Assembly (NCBI RefSeq): GCF_001194135.2
Contig: NC_068988.1
Location: 21,974,639-22,024,492 of the forward strand
DNA: 49,854 nt
Source of the DNA: Octopus bimaculoides
Lineage: Eukaryota
Direction of reading: 5' to 3'
Shown one piece after another: positions 11,844 to 24,278 of the stretch; the first letter of the stretch is position 1; every line of letters starts with the position of its first letter. Under the pieces are notes generated by a model. It searched no databases and had not been told where the DNA came from. It saw only the letters and a list, made by a program, of their open reading frames with translations. Both the position numbers and the translations under genes were made by a program.

Positions 11844-13633
11844 ATAGTCAAATTTAATGAAAACTTCTAACGAAAATAATTGAAAACCAATCAACGTTTG
11901 GTTTTTAATGATTTACGGTTTATTAATTATAACAATTCTTCGCTAACGACATCTGTCCTGACGTTGATTTTGTGCGAAAACCGTAAAGTTATATTTTATG
12001 TTGAAACTATATTGTTCCTTCTGGTTTTGCTATTTTTTTTTAATGTGATTAATGATAAGTATGAAATCATACAATAATTCTGTATATTACTCAGAAATAG
12101 GTTTATTAATCTCGCCAATACGCCCAGTAATTAGTGCAACGTGGACATGATTTATAATAAATTAATTAATTAGAATGCAATTTTATAGTCAATATGCAAA
12201 TTTTGTGTGATATCTTATTAAATATTTGGGATTTTAACCGTAGAAACACATTACGATTTAAAAATTAATTAAAATTTTAAAAATAAATTTCAAATACACC
12301 TCTTTAGAAAGTCTGTTATGACAACTCGACCGTGTTGACAACTCGAGACGAGCAAGACGGAGGAAGAGCATCACAACAGCTGAAAAAACAATATTCGCGC
12401 ACACATCAAAATATGAAAAAACAACTGTACATATATATTTGATTGCTGCCGTCACATAATATTTATTGAATTTCTATGCGCATAACACATATTATTTTTA
12501 TCTGTATACTTTCAGAGCCTCACGATGTTTATACATTTTCCGTGTCACATGCATAAAACATATTGTGTGAAGTATGAATTTGCATCCACTGACACGTAGT
12601 ACTAGTTTTTATTATCACGGTATATTCAAATCTAAGCATGCTTAATTTCTTAGGTATAATCCAATTTTTACTTCCTGCCATTTAGTTATCTTTAAGTAAA
12701 TATAACGAGAAATTACAGAGCATTAATATAAATTCCAACTATCTTAAATCATTCTGAAAAATACATTTTGTAACACTACTAAGAGCATGTCCTCTTCATC
12801 CTCTTTCGAGAATTACTTTCGCCTCACTTTTCTTTATAATGATACATTAATAGAAACATGATAAGTTACACATAGAGCAAAATTAATATTGATAAGCACA
12901 AACACAGAAATCTCAATAATTTATAATATAATGTGCGTTTCAAACTTGTCGGGATTTTCTTAAACCATACATAAGCGTTTTCCAGTAGAACAGAGCTATC
13001 ATAAGAAATTTAATGCATATATATATATTGCACCAAAAATTCGCTTCTTCTAAAACCGCCATAAACAAGATAAACATTTTCCATAAAAAAAAAAAAACGG
13101 AAAACTTTTCTTCTTTATGTCATTCTAAGGAATTAATTACCCACGCTCTTCCCTGTGTGTGCATTCATCAAATTTTAGTTTATCAAACAAAAGTCAGGTT
13201 GAAGATATTAATGATACAAAATGTTGCATAGGGATTACTGAAAAAATACTCAAAAATATATGTGATTGAAATTCTTCAGTCGGCCAAAACTGTTCAGAGC
13301 ACAGAGCCTATATGGAGAAAGAAGTTATCCCATAATATATCTCTGTATGTCACCGTTCTGTTAAAGATTTGAAAAATTCCTATTATATTCCATATTTCCT
13401 CAATTTTGTTACGTATATTTCGAGGTTGTCTTCCTGTAGTTTTTACGTGATTGATAACTTAAAGAATGAGTGTTCTCTTCAACATATCTGTCATTTAACT
13501 ACATCAAGTATGTTAGCACTTAGTTTCTTAATACGTTAATAGATTTGTTTATTGTACCGCTCCTTCTTTATCCGTGATTTCTGACCAAAAGTACATCTAA
13601 TTCCGGCAATTCTCATGTAGTATTCTTAGAAGA

Positions 13634-13750
13634 CTGTAAGACTGCATTATATAAGATGGTGGTGTGTTTCCAGGGAGACTTGGCTGCTATTTACAGCATG
13701 TCAAGCAACAATGTCCATGCTCCCTTTTTCACTGGGATTGTTAGTTAATG
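13634..13750. repeat. Copy 1 of a local ~115-bp duplication containing the ~60-nt dispersed module
   Basis: GATGGTGGTGTGTTTCCAGGGAGACTTGGCTGCT...GTTAATGCTTAATAA aligns with 14041-14150. Confidence 0.8.
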
Positions 13751-13754
13751 CTTA

Positions 13755-13972
13755 ATAATGGTTTCAAATGCTGGCACAAGGCTAGAAATTTCGGGAAAGG
13801 CGGTAAGTCAATTATATCAACCCCAGTATTCAACTAATACTTATTTTATCGACAACAAAAAGATAAAAGGCAAGGGCGACTTTGGTAGAATTTGAATTCA
13901 GAACGTGGAAGCGGATGAAATGCCGTTAAGCATTTCTCCCGGCGTGCTAATGATTCTACCAGCTCGCCTCCT
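13755..13972 (-). mobile_element. Full-length SINE family B
   Basis: Minus strand reads AAGGAGGCGAGCTGGTAGAATCATTAGCACGCCGGG ... GTTCTGAATTCAAATTC ... GTGCCAGCATTTGAAACCATT. Confidence 0.92.
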
Positions 13973-14040
13973 TAAAAATTTATTCTATACCAGTAATTCC
14001 TATCAAAGCTGTTTAGAAAACTGTAGGTCTACATTATCTA

Positions 14041-14150
14041 CGATGGTGGTGTGTTTCCAAAGAGACATGGCCGCTTTTTGCGGCATATCAAACAACCATG
14101 TACACGCTCCATTTTTGGCGCGATATGTCAGTTAATACTTAATAACGATT
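14041..14150. repeat. Copy 2 of the local ~115-bp duplication
   Basis: GATGGTGGTGTGTTTCCAAAGAGACATGGCCGCT...GTTAATACTTAATAA, about 407 bp downstream of copy 1. Confidence 0.8.
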
Positions 14151-15261
14151 AACAAATCCCTTTGAAATATTGCTTCAACTGTACAAAATTTGGCAGAGGG
14201 AAATTAAATTGTGCTGACATAAATTTCTGTTGACAACATCTGCAGGTATAGTTAAAACAATTTAAAATGTTTAATGTTAGAAATATTAAAAATTTGGTCA
14301 TAAACATAGTTATAAAAGGAAAAAAAAAATAGTTATTATTCACTAATTTATGGTATTATTTTCTCAGTAAGTACGAGAGACAAGCTTGGATGTGTACATT
14401 TCTATTATGAACTACGAAGTGTAGTCTTCATTTTACTGGTGAAATTGTAAACAATGCATGACCATGTGAATATCTTAGAGCGTACATCTATAATTTTTCA
14501 TGTGAATGGCGTCTCTACATTATATATTATTCAAACAGACAGCATTTAAATAGAATAGGTAATGAAGGACCTCAATGAAAACGTTCAACCTATGCATACT
14601 TTAAAGTGTTATTTTAATTTCTCTTCTACATGGTTATTCTATGGTAGATAATGACACATCCACGGCTTTGTAACATCGTATTTGTTTAATTAATGACATG
14701 TCCTGTTCTGTTGTTCAACAAATAGCTGCCATCTTGCTTTAAATAATGACACATTCAACGCTTCTCGTCTTATTCCAGCTACTTCAGTGATAAGTATGTG
14801 GGTGTGTATATTCTGTGTCTTTATTTCCTGGAATAAAACCAGAATCAGATTCAATACACAGTTCTATTATAACTGTGCAGACTTTGATATGGAGTTTTTC
14901 TGTATGACGGAGATTGCAATATTTCTTTTTATTCTAACTCTTGTGTTTTTATCGTAGTTTTCGAGAAATCAAGCGGGTGATGTTACCGTTATCACTTGAT
15001 CTCTACATATTTATCAGATGCACATTGGTGTCATCATATACTGGTGTTAAGAGGAGCTATTTTGCTTGTGTAGGTGTTTTTTTCTTTTTAAATTAGTATC
15101 GAGTCCGTTTCTATAGATGTCTGCTTTTAGAAAGCATATTTTCCTTTATGGATTTGCATCTGGCTCCTTTCTCTTTGGTCTGTTTGCAATATTTTGGTTA
15201 AAACAGTGTAATGGCAGATTTGATTAAGTTAACTTAAACACCTCATGATAATTTGTACCCC

Positions 15262-15613
15262 TTAACGTTCTGAGTTCAAATACTCCGCACCAGTTTGTAG
15301 TCTCCTTGATACTTCTGTATTTGATAATATACTTGGAAACCAAGTGCAGCACTTGAGTCGAGTTATCGGGTCGTTTCTCCAACTCTCAAATATTTGGCTC
15401 CATGTCCAATTTTAGATATTAGTCGCACGCACGTCGGGCAAAATTCTTAGCAGCACTTTGTCCGTCTTTACGTTTCAGAGTTCAACTTTGTCTTTCATCT
15501 TTTCAGGGTCTATGAAATAAGTACCAGTTAAACACTGTGATCGATTTAATTGACTCACCCACCAACCGGCGAAAAACAATTCTTGGCCTAGGCCAAAATT
15601 TGAAATTAATATT
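15262..15613 (+). mobile_element. Two SINE-B copies head-to-tail (old 15262-15420; better preserved 15427-15613)
   Basis: Both align to the family-B body and tail (AAATAAGTACCAG, CCAAAATTTGAAA). Heads are partial or missing. Confidence 0.75.
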
Positions 15614-16259
15614 TACGTATTTCGTCATTTGACGGCACATTAGATATTCTACACGTAACATTGCCAGATAAGGCTCCATACAACACTGCATGTTCCGTTT
15701 ACTTAAAGGAATGTTTCATTCCACCCTTGGTAGTTATTTGCAGCTTAGTGTCCTTAGTTTGAGAATTCAGTTTCGGTCCGATGATTATCTTCGAACCGTC
15801 ATTGCTTCGATTATCTGATTAATGATTTTCCTCTCGTATTCTCTTCATAATACGGTTGGATAAGGTACCAGACAGCCAACCGGTTAATGTAAGTCTGCAT
15901 CCCGCAAATCAGGATGGTCTTCCATAGCACTTGAGCAGGAGATTAACAAAGTCCACCTAACAAATACCTTCACAAAACTTTTAATTCTTCTTTATGATGA
16001 TGGTAATGTGTACAGAGTGTATGTTGATGTTACTGATGTTAATAACGAGCTTTCTAAATGTGATTATTATGGCTTTAACTATTATGCTACCGCTGCTGCT
16101 GCTATTGTTAATAATAATGATAATTATGATGATGATGATGATGATGATAATGGTGCCAATGATGGCGTTATAAACATTTTCTTTTCATCAAAAAACGACA
16201 GATTAATTTTACATCCTGTCAACTACATGAATAGGAACCACCACCAACATCCAGCCCCC

Positions 16260-16261
<2 letters not shown>

Positions 16262-16339
<78 letters not shown>
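16262..16339. repeat. (CTA)26 microsatellite
   Basis: Read directly; it produces the poly-Leu ORF in the track. Confidence 0.97.
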
Positions 16340-16340
<1 letters not shown>

Positions 16341-16586
16341 GTTATTGTTGTTGCTGTTGTAGTAAACATTTTCAGCGGTTCTCTTATCAGTGTCGGGAAA
16401 ACAAAGCTGTTTCTTGCAGGAAGGGTGAGAGCAGTGCTAGTGTCGAACGTGTTGTGCTAGTAGTGTTCACGGGTGTGTCTTTGGCCGTGTTTGTGGTATC
16501 TGAAACATTAGCGATGGTGAGTGACAATCGTAGTACTAACCTTTTAATGGTATTGTTGTTGATTTCAGTTTTTTAGTTATTGCTAT

Positions 16587-16966
16587 ATTCTTTTTTACTC
16601 TAGGCGCAAGGCCCGGAATTTTTTGGGTGAGTGGGCCAGTCGATTAAATCGACCCCAGTACACAGCTGGTAGTTAATTCATCGATTCCAGTACGCAACTG
16701 GTAGTTAATTTATCGATTTCGAACGGATGAAAAGGAAAGTCGACCTCGGCGGAATTGAACTCAGAACATAAAACAGACGAAATATAGTTATTGCTCTATG
16801 CTTTTCTACTCCAGACACAAGGCCTGAAATTTGGTGGGTGGGTGCCAGTCGATTAGACCGACCCAGTACGCAACTGGTACTTAATTTATCGATCCCGAAA
16901 GGATGAAAAGCAAAGTCAACCTTGGTGGAATTTGAGCTCAGAACATGAAGAGTGTGCTGGAAATAC
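16587..16966 (-). mobile_element. Two 5'-truncated SINE-B copies head-to-tail (16587-16783 and 16801-16966)
   Basis: Both carry TACTC(T/C)AG..CACAAGGCC and CCAGTACGCAACTGGTA.TTAATTTATCGAT. The first copy has an internal ~32-bp duplication. Confidence 0.92.
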
Positions 16967-17702
16967 GGATTGTTGGTTCGTTGCGTGTTTGTTACTGCCG
17001 CTGTTTCTATTTCATATAACTCTGTTACTCTGTATTCTTTACCTATCGTCGACAATATCAAGCGTACTACGATATTGGAAGATATAACAAATATGTAAGG
17101 ATATAACAAATATGGTGGCTGTATGAATGCTTTCTAAAGTCTATCGGTTCTGCTGGTGGTTCTAGTGACGCTTTTTTGGGGACGTTGTTCTATTCGCATG
17201 TTATCTAGGTCACTGCTCTTGCTGCTGATTAGTATACAATCTAAACGAAGCTGGTGAGAGCCTCGTTAAAATTTTCGACAATGTGCATACATGACATAAG
17301 TGACTAATATGTCTATTTTCTAAAAAACAAAACGCTGACAGCTTGGCTGCGATTTCTAGCAGTGTTGTCCATGTTGGTGGCGTTTTTACCATACTTGGTA
17401 GCGATACTTGTGATATCTCTTGAGTGCTATTGATATATTGTGGGCTGTGTTGCTGAATGGATAATGTAGTTGCTTCTGAACCAACAAGTTGCGATGTGGA
17501 CACAATTGCATGGAACCTTCAATAGACGTCTTCAAATGGATGTTTCGGTTTGATCTAGCTGCTATTGTTGGAGTTGAAGGAAAACTTGCAGAAAGTGCAC
17601 CAGATGGACTTTACTTGTAATTCGAATGTGCAGTCTTGTTACACACACACACATACACACACATACACGCACACACACACACACANNNNNNNNNNACACA
17701 CA

Positions 17703-17747
<45 letters not shown>

Positions 17748-17944
17748 GTACACACACCTCAAGCACAGAGAGTTCATGAAGTATCTGTCGAAAGTTTATG
17801 ACTGCGAAATATACAGCCACTTACAATGTAATACAATGATTAGTTAACTCCGTTGATCGAACAGCTAGAACACTTCATCTTCAAAATCAACACAAGAGCC
17901 ACCAAGAGCCATTAATGTTAGTACATATTGCTAGTAGCTATATC

Positions 17945-17988
<44 letters not shown>
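17945..17988. repeat. (AGT)n microsatellite
   Basis: Read directly from the sequence. Confidence 0.97.
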
Positions 17989-18468
17989 AAACACTGTTGC
18001 TGACGTAGATATCTCGTTGGTTCCACTGGCGTCTATCTAATTGTGGCGTTGATGACGCTGTCTCTATTTGAGACGAGCGGTTTTTAAGTTTTATTGCTTC
18101 AGGTTCTTACCAAGATTTCCCAGTTCGCTACTTACATGGAATGGTTGGCCATTGAATAGTAGGAAGTCTCTCTTTTAGAATATGGGCGATACTGCAGCCA
18201 TTTATGCCATTCTATAGCATCTCTCACTTTCCTCTATATTTAATCAAGTCGTTCCGTCGACCTTCTATTATAATTTCACTCTTCTCCACTTGCATACTTC
18301 TCCACTTCCTTCCTTCATTTTTCTTTCTATTTTTTTTTCCTTTTTATTCATATTTTTATTCGTTTGATTCTTTCCTTCTTTCACGCAAGCACACATACGC
18401 ACATAGGCACTCACACAAAGCACAGACAGATAGACATACACGAGCGTGCACACACACAAACACACACA

Positions 18469-18516
<48 letters not shown>

Positions 18517-18626
18517 CTCCACGTCTCTCTCTGTATTTCTGTATTTCATTCTTCATTCTATTCCACTAAAAGTGCCCATTCAAATATCGTATTATCATAA
18601 TTTTATTTCCTTTTCTCTGATGCACT

Positions 18627-18627
18627 C

Positions 18628-18684
<57 letters not shown>

Positions 18685-18716
18685 TTGTCTATCTGTCTGT
18701 CTGTCTGTCTGTTTGT
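18627..18716. repeat. Compound (CTAT)n-(CTGT)n microsatellite, with a (CT)n tract at about 18472-18511
   Basis: Read directly from the sequence. Confidence 0.96.
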
Positions 18717-19001
18717 CAGTTCATCTTTTAGTTTCTAACAAGCAATATCTTAAAATTCAACATCGTAACCTCTTCTTTAGATTGCTTTAGCCATCTCCAC
18801 GAAAACCATATTATAACTCAAATTTCACAGTTGAATATTTTAAGATTTCTTTCTCTGAAAATATAATACTTTCGTCTACTATTTTTTTTTCTGTGCGTTT
18901 TATAGTGTACGTAAGAGGTTTTATTGACTAGCTAACGAATTGGTGGAGGATATTCTGCAGTGATTGCAACCTTTTAATCGTGTATATTTTAGACAAATGA
19001 C

Positions 19002-19184
19002 TATTCTTTTACTTGTTTCAGTTATTTGATTGGAGCCATGCTGGAGCACCACCTTTAGTCCAGCAAACCGACCCCAGGACTTATTCTTTGTAGCCCTAGT
19101 ACTTATTCTATTGGTCTCTTTTGCCGACCCACTAGGTTACGGGAACGTAAACACACCAACATCGGTTGTCAAGCGATGTTGGTG

Positions 19185-19234
<50 letters not shown>

Positions 19235-19345
19235 ATAGACACACATGTATATATATATACCACGGGCTTCTTTCAGCTTCCGTCTACCAAATCCACTCAC
19301 AAGGCTTTGGTTGGCCCGAGGCTATAGTAGAAGACACTTGCCCAA
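19002..19345 (-). mobile_element. SINE family A lacking the tRNA head, with an expanded internal (CA)n
   Basis: Tail and central domain match 26212-26608. Truncated at CTTGCCCAA. Confidence 0.93.
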
Positions 19346-19362
19346 TACTGCTACAGTGGCTG

Positions 19363-19417
<55 letters not shown>

Positions 19418-19484
19418 CACATAAGCCTCCCTCTGTGTGTGTATGTGTGTGTGTGTGTGTGTGCGTTTGAGCGTGTTCGTTTTT

Positions 19485-19668
19485 TATGTCTGTGTACTAT
19501 CATTACTTGAGAACCGATCTTTGTTAACTGCAACATAACATTTTGGCAAAAACGAAATTGCGGCAGAAAAGGTATACCATGCTTAAACGTCGACTTTTTC
19601 GATGACAATCTTCAGGCTGGCGCCCCAACATTGCCACGGTTTATCGACTGAAAAAAGTAAGAGATATA
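19485..19668 (+). mobile_element. Old SINE-A 3' tail fragment
   Basis: ACTTGAGAACCGAT, TTTTGGCAAAAAC and GACTGAAAAAAGTAAGAG align to the family-A tail. It follows a (TG)n tract. Confidence 0.65.
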
Positions 19669-19694
19669 CGCCGATGGTTTATTGTTTCTGTCGA

Positions 19695-20486
19695 GAAAAT
19701 GATATGTATAGGATATTGAATCTCTCCACCTGTAAGAAAATATTCGATAACGTACCTATAGTATCACCCTGACAAACGATGGCGTCAAAGAGAAGATGGC
19801 TTACGTTCTTATCATCTAAAGTACGAAACCTAAAAATAGATCTAAAAATAGATATGGTTGCCCTCCACTTTCACTTTGAATGTTAAGACTAATACAGACA
19901 TTTTCTTTTTTTTTTTGATAGATAAACATTTCCTGAATAGCGAAAGTTATAAGGAAATATTTGAGAGACGTTCAATGAAAGTTTCTTACGGCTACATCTC
20001 CAACATGAAGAGGTTATTGCATGTGAGTGATTCACGCGAGGCACCTAATGCAAAATGTACCTGTGAGATATATATAGTTGCCCACTCGATCATGCATGCA
20101 TGGTTTCCTCAGCGGTTTAGGAAGCTGTAATCAGCACTTCTACAAAAGTATTGAAACTTGAAAAGAAAACGCATATCAGACTATGTGAAATTAGCTTTAA
20201 AAATAAATGCTAAGCACTAGTCTTCCTTCCGGCATACAGGCAAGAAGTAACCCACAAAATTAGTTAACCATATCTGGGATCTGAAAATTACCTCACACGA
20301 TCAAGAGCTTCATCTAGGGCGATCAACGGCCATACATTGAATGTTAAGGATGTGAAAGCTTTGTATTGCTGAAAGAAACAATAGAGTTTGTTAAAATATA
20401 AGAAATACACTGACTTAGTCAATACTAGATCTGAGATGTTCACTAAATGGAAGAATTTCAACAAGTTTATATTGTCTCAGAATTAG
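19695..20486 (+). mobile_element. Decayed Penelope-like retroelement: RT C-terminal linker and GIY-YIG endonuclease, resembling the Naiad type
   Basis: With frameshifts the translation gives NLSTCKKIFDN / IWLPSTFTLNVKTN / IDKHF..KEIFERRSMKVSYGYISNMK / KCTC....CPLDHACM..AV*EA / KTHIRLCEISFK / SSFRH / LVNHIWDLK / *KLCIAE / LVNTRSEMFTKW.NFNKFIL. These follow the order of the PLE motifs IWFNPPFS.NVKTN, HKIFNRNT.K.SYSC.PN, CxCx5CPL, YIG, CxxC and LNKRSE. Confidence 0.88.
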
Positions 20487-20814
20487 GCATAAAGTCTCAG
20501 AAACTTTAACCTTTCTCAGTCAAATGAACCACAACGACCATTGTTGAATTTCACTCTGAGGGACCAAAGAACACAATTCTTATCACCCTTTCCTCCATGC
20601 TATTTTCCTTATGCCATTTATTCATTCATAATTTTTCTCCAGTATTTATTCTCGATGTTTTCTTTCTTTCTCAGAGACCAGGAATGCTTTATTTTCAGCC
20701 TCGAAGATTGTAAAATGGTACTAGGGATGCGATACAAGATCGTGTGACTATTGTTCTATCGGAGCATAAAGCTTATAGTAGCTCATATGTAAATGCTGAG
20801 CATATTAAATGATA

Positions 20815-20849
<35 letters not shown>

Positions 20850-22027
20850 NNNNNNNNNNNNNNNNNNNNNNNNNNNNNNNNNNNNNNNNNNNNNNNNNNN
20901 NNNNNNNNNNNNNNNNNNNNNNNNNNNNNNNNNNNNNNNNNNNNNNNNNNNNNNNNNNNNNNNNNNNNNNNNNNNNNNNNNNNNNNNNNNNNNNNNNNNN
21001 NNNNNNNNNNNNNNNNNNNNNNNNNNNNNNNNNNNNNNNNNNNNNNNNNNNNNNNNNNNNNNNNNNNNNNNNNNNNNNNNNNNNNNNNNNNNNNNNNNNN
21101 NNNNNNNNNNNNNNNNNNNNNNNNNNNNNNNNNNNNNNNNNNNNNNNNNNNNNNNNNNNNNNNNNNNNNNNNNNNNNNNNNNNNNNNNNNNNNNNNNNNN
21201 NNNNNNNNNNNNNNNNNNNNNNNNNNNNNNNNNNNNNNNNNNNNNNNNNNNNNNNNNNNNNNNNNNNNNNNNNNNNNNNNNNNNNNNNNNNNNNNNNNNN
21301 NNNNNNNNNNNNNNNNNNNNNNNNNNNNNNNNNNNNNNNNNNNNNNNNNNNNNNNNNNNNNNNNNNNNNNNNNNNNNNNNNNNNNNNNNNNNNNNNNNNN
21401 NNNNNNNNNNNNNNNNNNNNNNNNNNNNNNNNNNNNNNNNNNNATATATGTGTGTATGTATACATATGCATACAGTCATATAAATGCATGTTGATGTGTG
21501 TATATATGTACACCCACCCACACAAACACAGAAACACAGACAAGCACACACATATATATACATAGACAAACGTATATACATATATGCATATCTATGCATC
21601 AATGATGTAAGGGGGAACAACAGTGTGTTGAGTGTAATGAATTTGTAAAAAACAAAGATAAAGAAAAGTGAATACCAAATTCTGGAATAGATATATTCTT
21701 GATTTACTCAGGGAGCCTTCACTTCGGAGGAAAGTAAACAAATACCTCGTGGCAATAGTAACTCACTCAAATGAGAAAGCGAAATAATCTCGAGGGATCA
21801 ACGATTCTACTGAAGTATCATGTCATTATAGTAGGGTGACTTTGATATTTTGGGGGAAACGAAGAAAACAGGCATACACATACACGCCAGCACACAAACA
21901 CACAAACACACTCACAGGTTTATATATGTATATGTGTTGCATATTAGTGGCTGTGTATACTTATATATTTTTGTGTATACATATAGATGTGTATGCATGT
22001 AAATATACAAAAGTATATACATATAAA

Positions 22028-22058
<31 letters not shown>

Positions 22059-22948
22059 CGCACACATGCAAGGTGTGTATACACATTCTGTATGGGTATG
22101 ATTTCCATTTTCATCGTTTTCCATTGCCGAGATGAGTAACGATTCATACTTTAATTAATTAATTACGGATGTAATTACGTAATTGCGCTTCCATACGTGT
22201 GAATATGCACACCTGGGAGATGTCTGACCCCTCCTTTCTCTCCCTCTTTCTCTCTCGCCTCAGCCCTTTTCCCCTTATTGCATTCTTTGATAATTTTCTG
22301 GTTCAAAGCTATTGCTGACAATTTTTGTTTCTGTTTATCCTATGACAGCCCTGAGCTACGAGACAATTAATCATAGGTTTTCTGGTGTCTGGTTAAGGAG
22401 AACTTTATCAAATGCTTCCCTATATTTTTCAAGATAGTATTCTTTGATCTACATGCAGTTGCTATTTCCTGTATGTTGAAGGGAGTATTACAGTTCCTTT
22501 CGTGTTTATTTTTATTTTATTAAAATATTTAGAATTTTCCGTTATTCTTTCTTCGTAGGGTTTAAAAGTTCAAATTTCCAATTACATTTATTTTAAACAG
22601 ATTTGTGTTTCATAGTTACTTTTAAGTTAGTTATTGGAGGTAAATATTTTCTCTCTATCATTTTGAGACGTACAAGATTTTAAATGAGATTATACGGAGA
22701 AATTTTCGCAAGGAAATTTAACAAATAAATTAAATAAAGAGTAGAAAAAGAAAACAACTTGTTGAGCTGAGAGATTAATACGGATCTTTTATCTTCAATT
22801 CATAGCAGTCTAGTCCATTTATTAAAATTTTTCTTCTTTTGTTCTCTTCCTAACCATATAATACTATTTAAATCAAGTTTATCGCTAGTGACGTATTTAA
22901 AAATAAATGTTGGTCAAAATATTTATAAAGCAACAACATGTTGGTATA

Positions 22949-23995
22949 CGAGAGAGTGCTGAAAAGTTATTGACTTTAAGGATAGCGTGAAAGGGTACAG
23001 CTGTTAGCTTTACAGGGCAGATAGAATAATTATTTAGTAGATTTGTAAAATTCATATAGGTATAAATAAGGTATAAATATATCTTTCTCTATTTTGTTGC
23101 AGATTTAACGCATGATGGCAGCTCCTACAGAGAATTTTTCTAAAATTGAAGGACGGGTAGTCATGAAGTTCCCGCTTTGGCAAGGCAAAGTAGCGGCGAA
23201 AATCCATGAAGAGATGAAGGAGGTCTTGAAGGATGACTGCCCATCTTACTACTCTTCAGTGAAACTCTGGGTGGCAAGATTTCGGAATGGTAATTTCAAG
23301 GTCACAGATGGTCAGAACGGCCAAATACCGCAACCATAGAGTGCAAAGCCAATGCTGTACATGTAATAACTCTCGAGGCCCGCTGAATTTCAGCTAAAGT
23401 CATGGCTGAGACTCTCGGTATTTCTCGCGAAAGAGTTGGTCACGTCTTCCACAATATTCTAGACATGAGAAAGCTTTCTGCGACATGGGTGCCGATATGC
23501 CTGAACACAAATCAGAAGCATATCAGAGTGACACCATCAAAGGCGATTTTGGTGCGGTTTGCAGCGAGAGAGGTTGATTTTATGGATCTTTTAGTAACCA
23601 TAGATGAAACTTGATTTCATCATTATGTTCTGCAGACCAAGCAACAACCAATGGAGCGACGCTACAGTGGCTCACCACGTCCCAACGAGCTTCGGACCCA
23701 GATATCAGCTGGAGAGATTCTGACTTTAGCCGCACCATCAACACAGAAATCAACATGTCTCTATTGGACAAACTGCGTGAAGCTTTGAAACAGCAACGTC
23801 GTGGAAAGCTAAGCCGTGGTGTCCTGTATTTTCAGGACAAGACACTAGCACACACAGCGCATGAAACACTGCGGAAAATACATGATTTTGGCTACGAATT
23901 GGTAGACCACCTAAATTACTCTCCTACTATAACCTCTTTCCACAACAGAAGAAACATCTCAAGGGATCGAAATTTCACTTGGATACGTAAGTGAT
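22949..23995 (+). mobile_element. Decayed mariner (DD34D-type, irritans-like) with internal deletions and no right TIR
   Basis: TA followed by CGAGAGAGTGCTGAAAAGTT at the left end. Frames give HTH region IHEEMKEVL..DCPSY..VKLWVARFRNG, then LGISRERVGHV..LDMRKLSATWVPICL, TIDET*FHHY, VLYFQD..AH, HLNYSP and YNLFPQQKKHLKG. Confidence 0.92.
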
Positions 23996-24158
23996 GGCTG
24001 CTACATAGGCCTGGTTAGAGGCCCAACCTTCTGAGTCTCAAGCGGAACATGATAACAATCTACCTGTATTATAAGAAAGCATCTGATTATGTTAATTTCT
24101 TATGGAGGCTTTAGACTTATCATCTTGTCAGGGTTCTGGAAAATATAATCAAACAATA

Positions 24159-24278
24159 TACCAGGTGGTTTCGTACTTTAAGCCAGGTGGTTCCATACTT
24201 TAAACAAAGTGGTTTAATACCAGGTGGTTCCATACTTTATACCAGGTGGTTTCATACTAGTTGGTTTCATACCTTATA
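24159..24278. repeat. Minisatellite, 22-bp unit TACCAGGTGGTT(T/C)CATACTTTA, about 5 copies
   Basis: Units at 24159, 24181, 24218 and 24240, with partial units at 24203 and about 24261. Confidence 0.9.

Noticed and set aside
17086-17116. 15-bp direct repeat GATATAACAAATATG x2
   Set aside because: A simple local slippage duplication with no further structure.
20698-20752. Possible hammerhead at the 3' end of the Penelope-like fossil (CTCGAAGA-TTGTA...TACAA-GATC)
   Set aside because: Both core boxes are defective, and a 5-bp stem is expected by chance.
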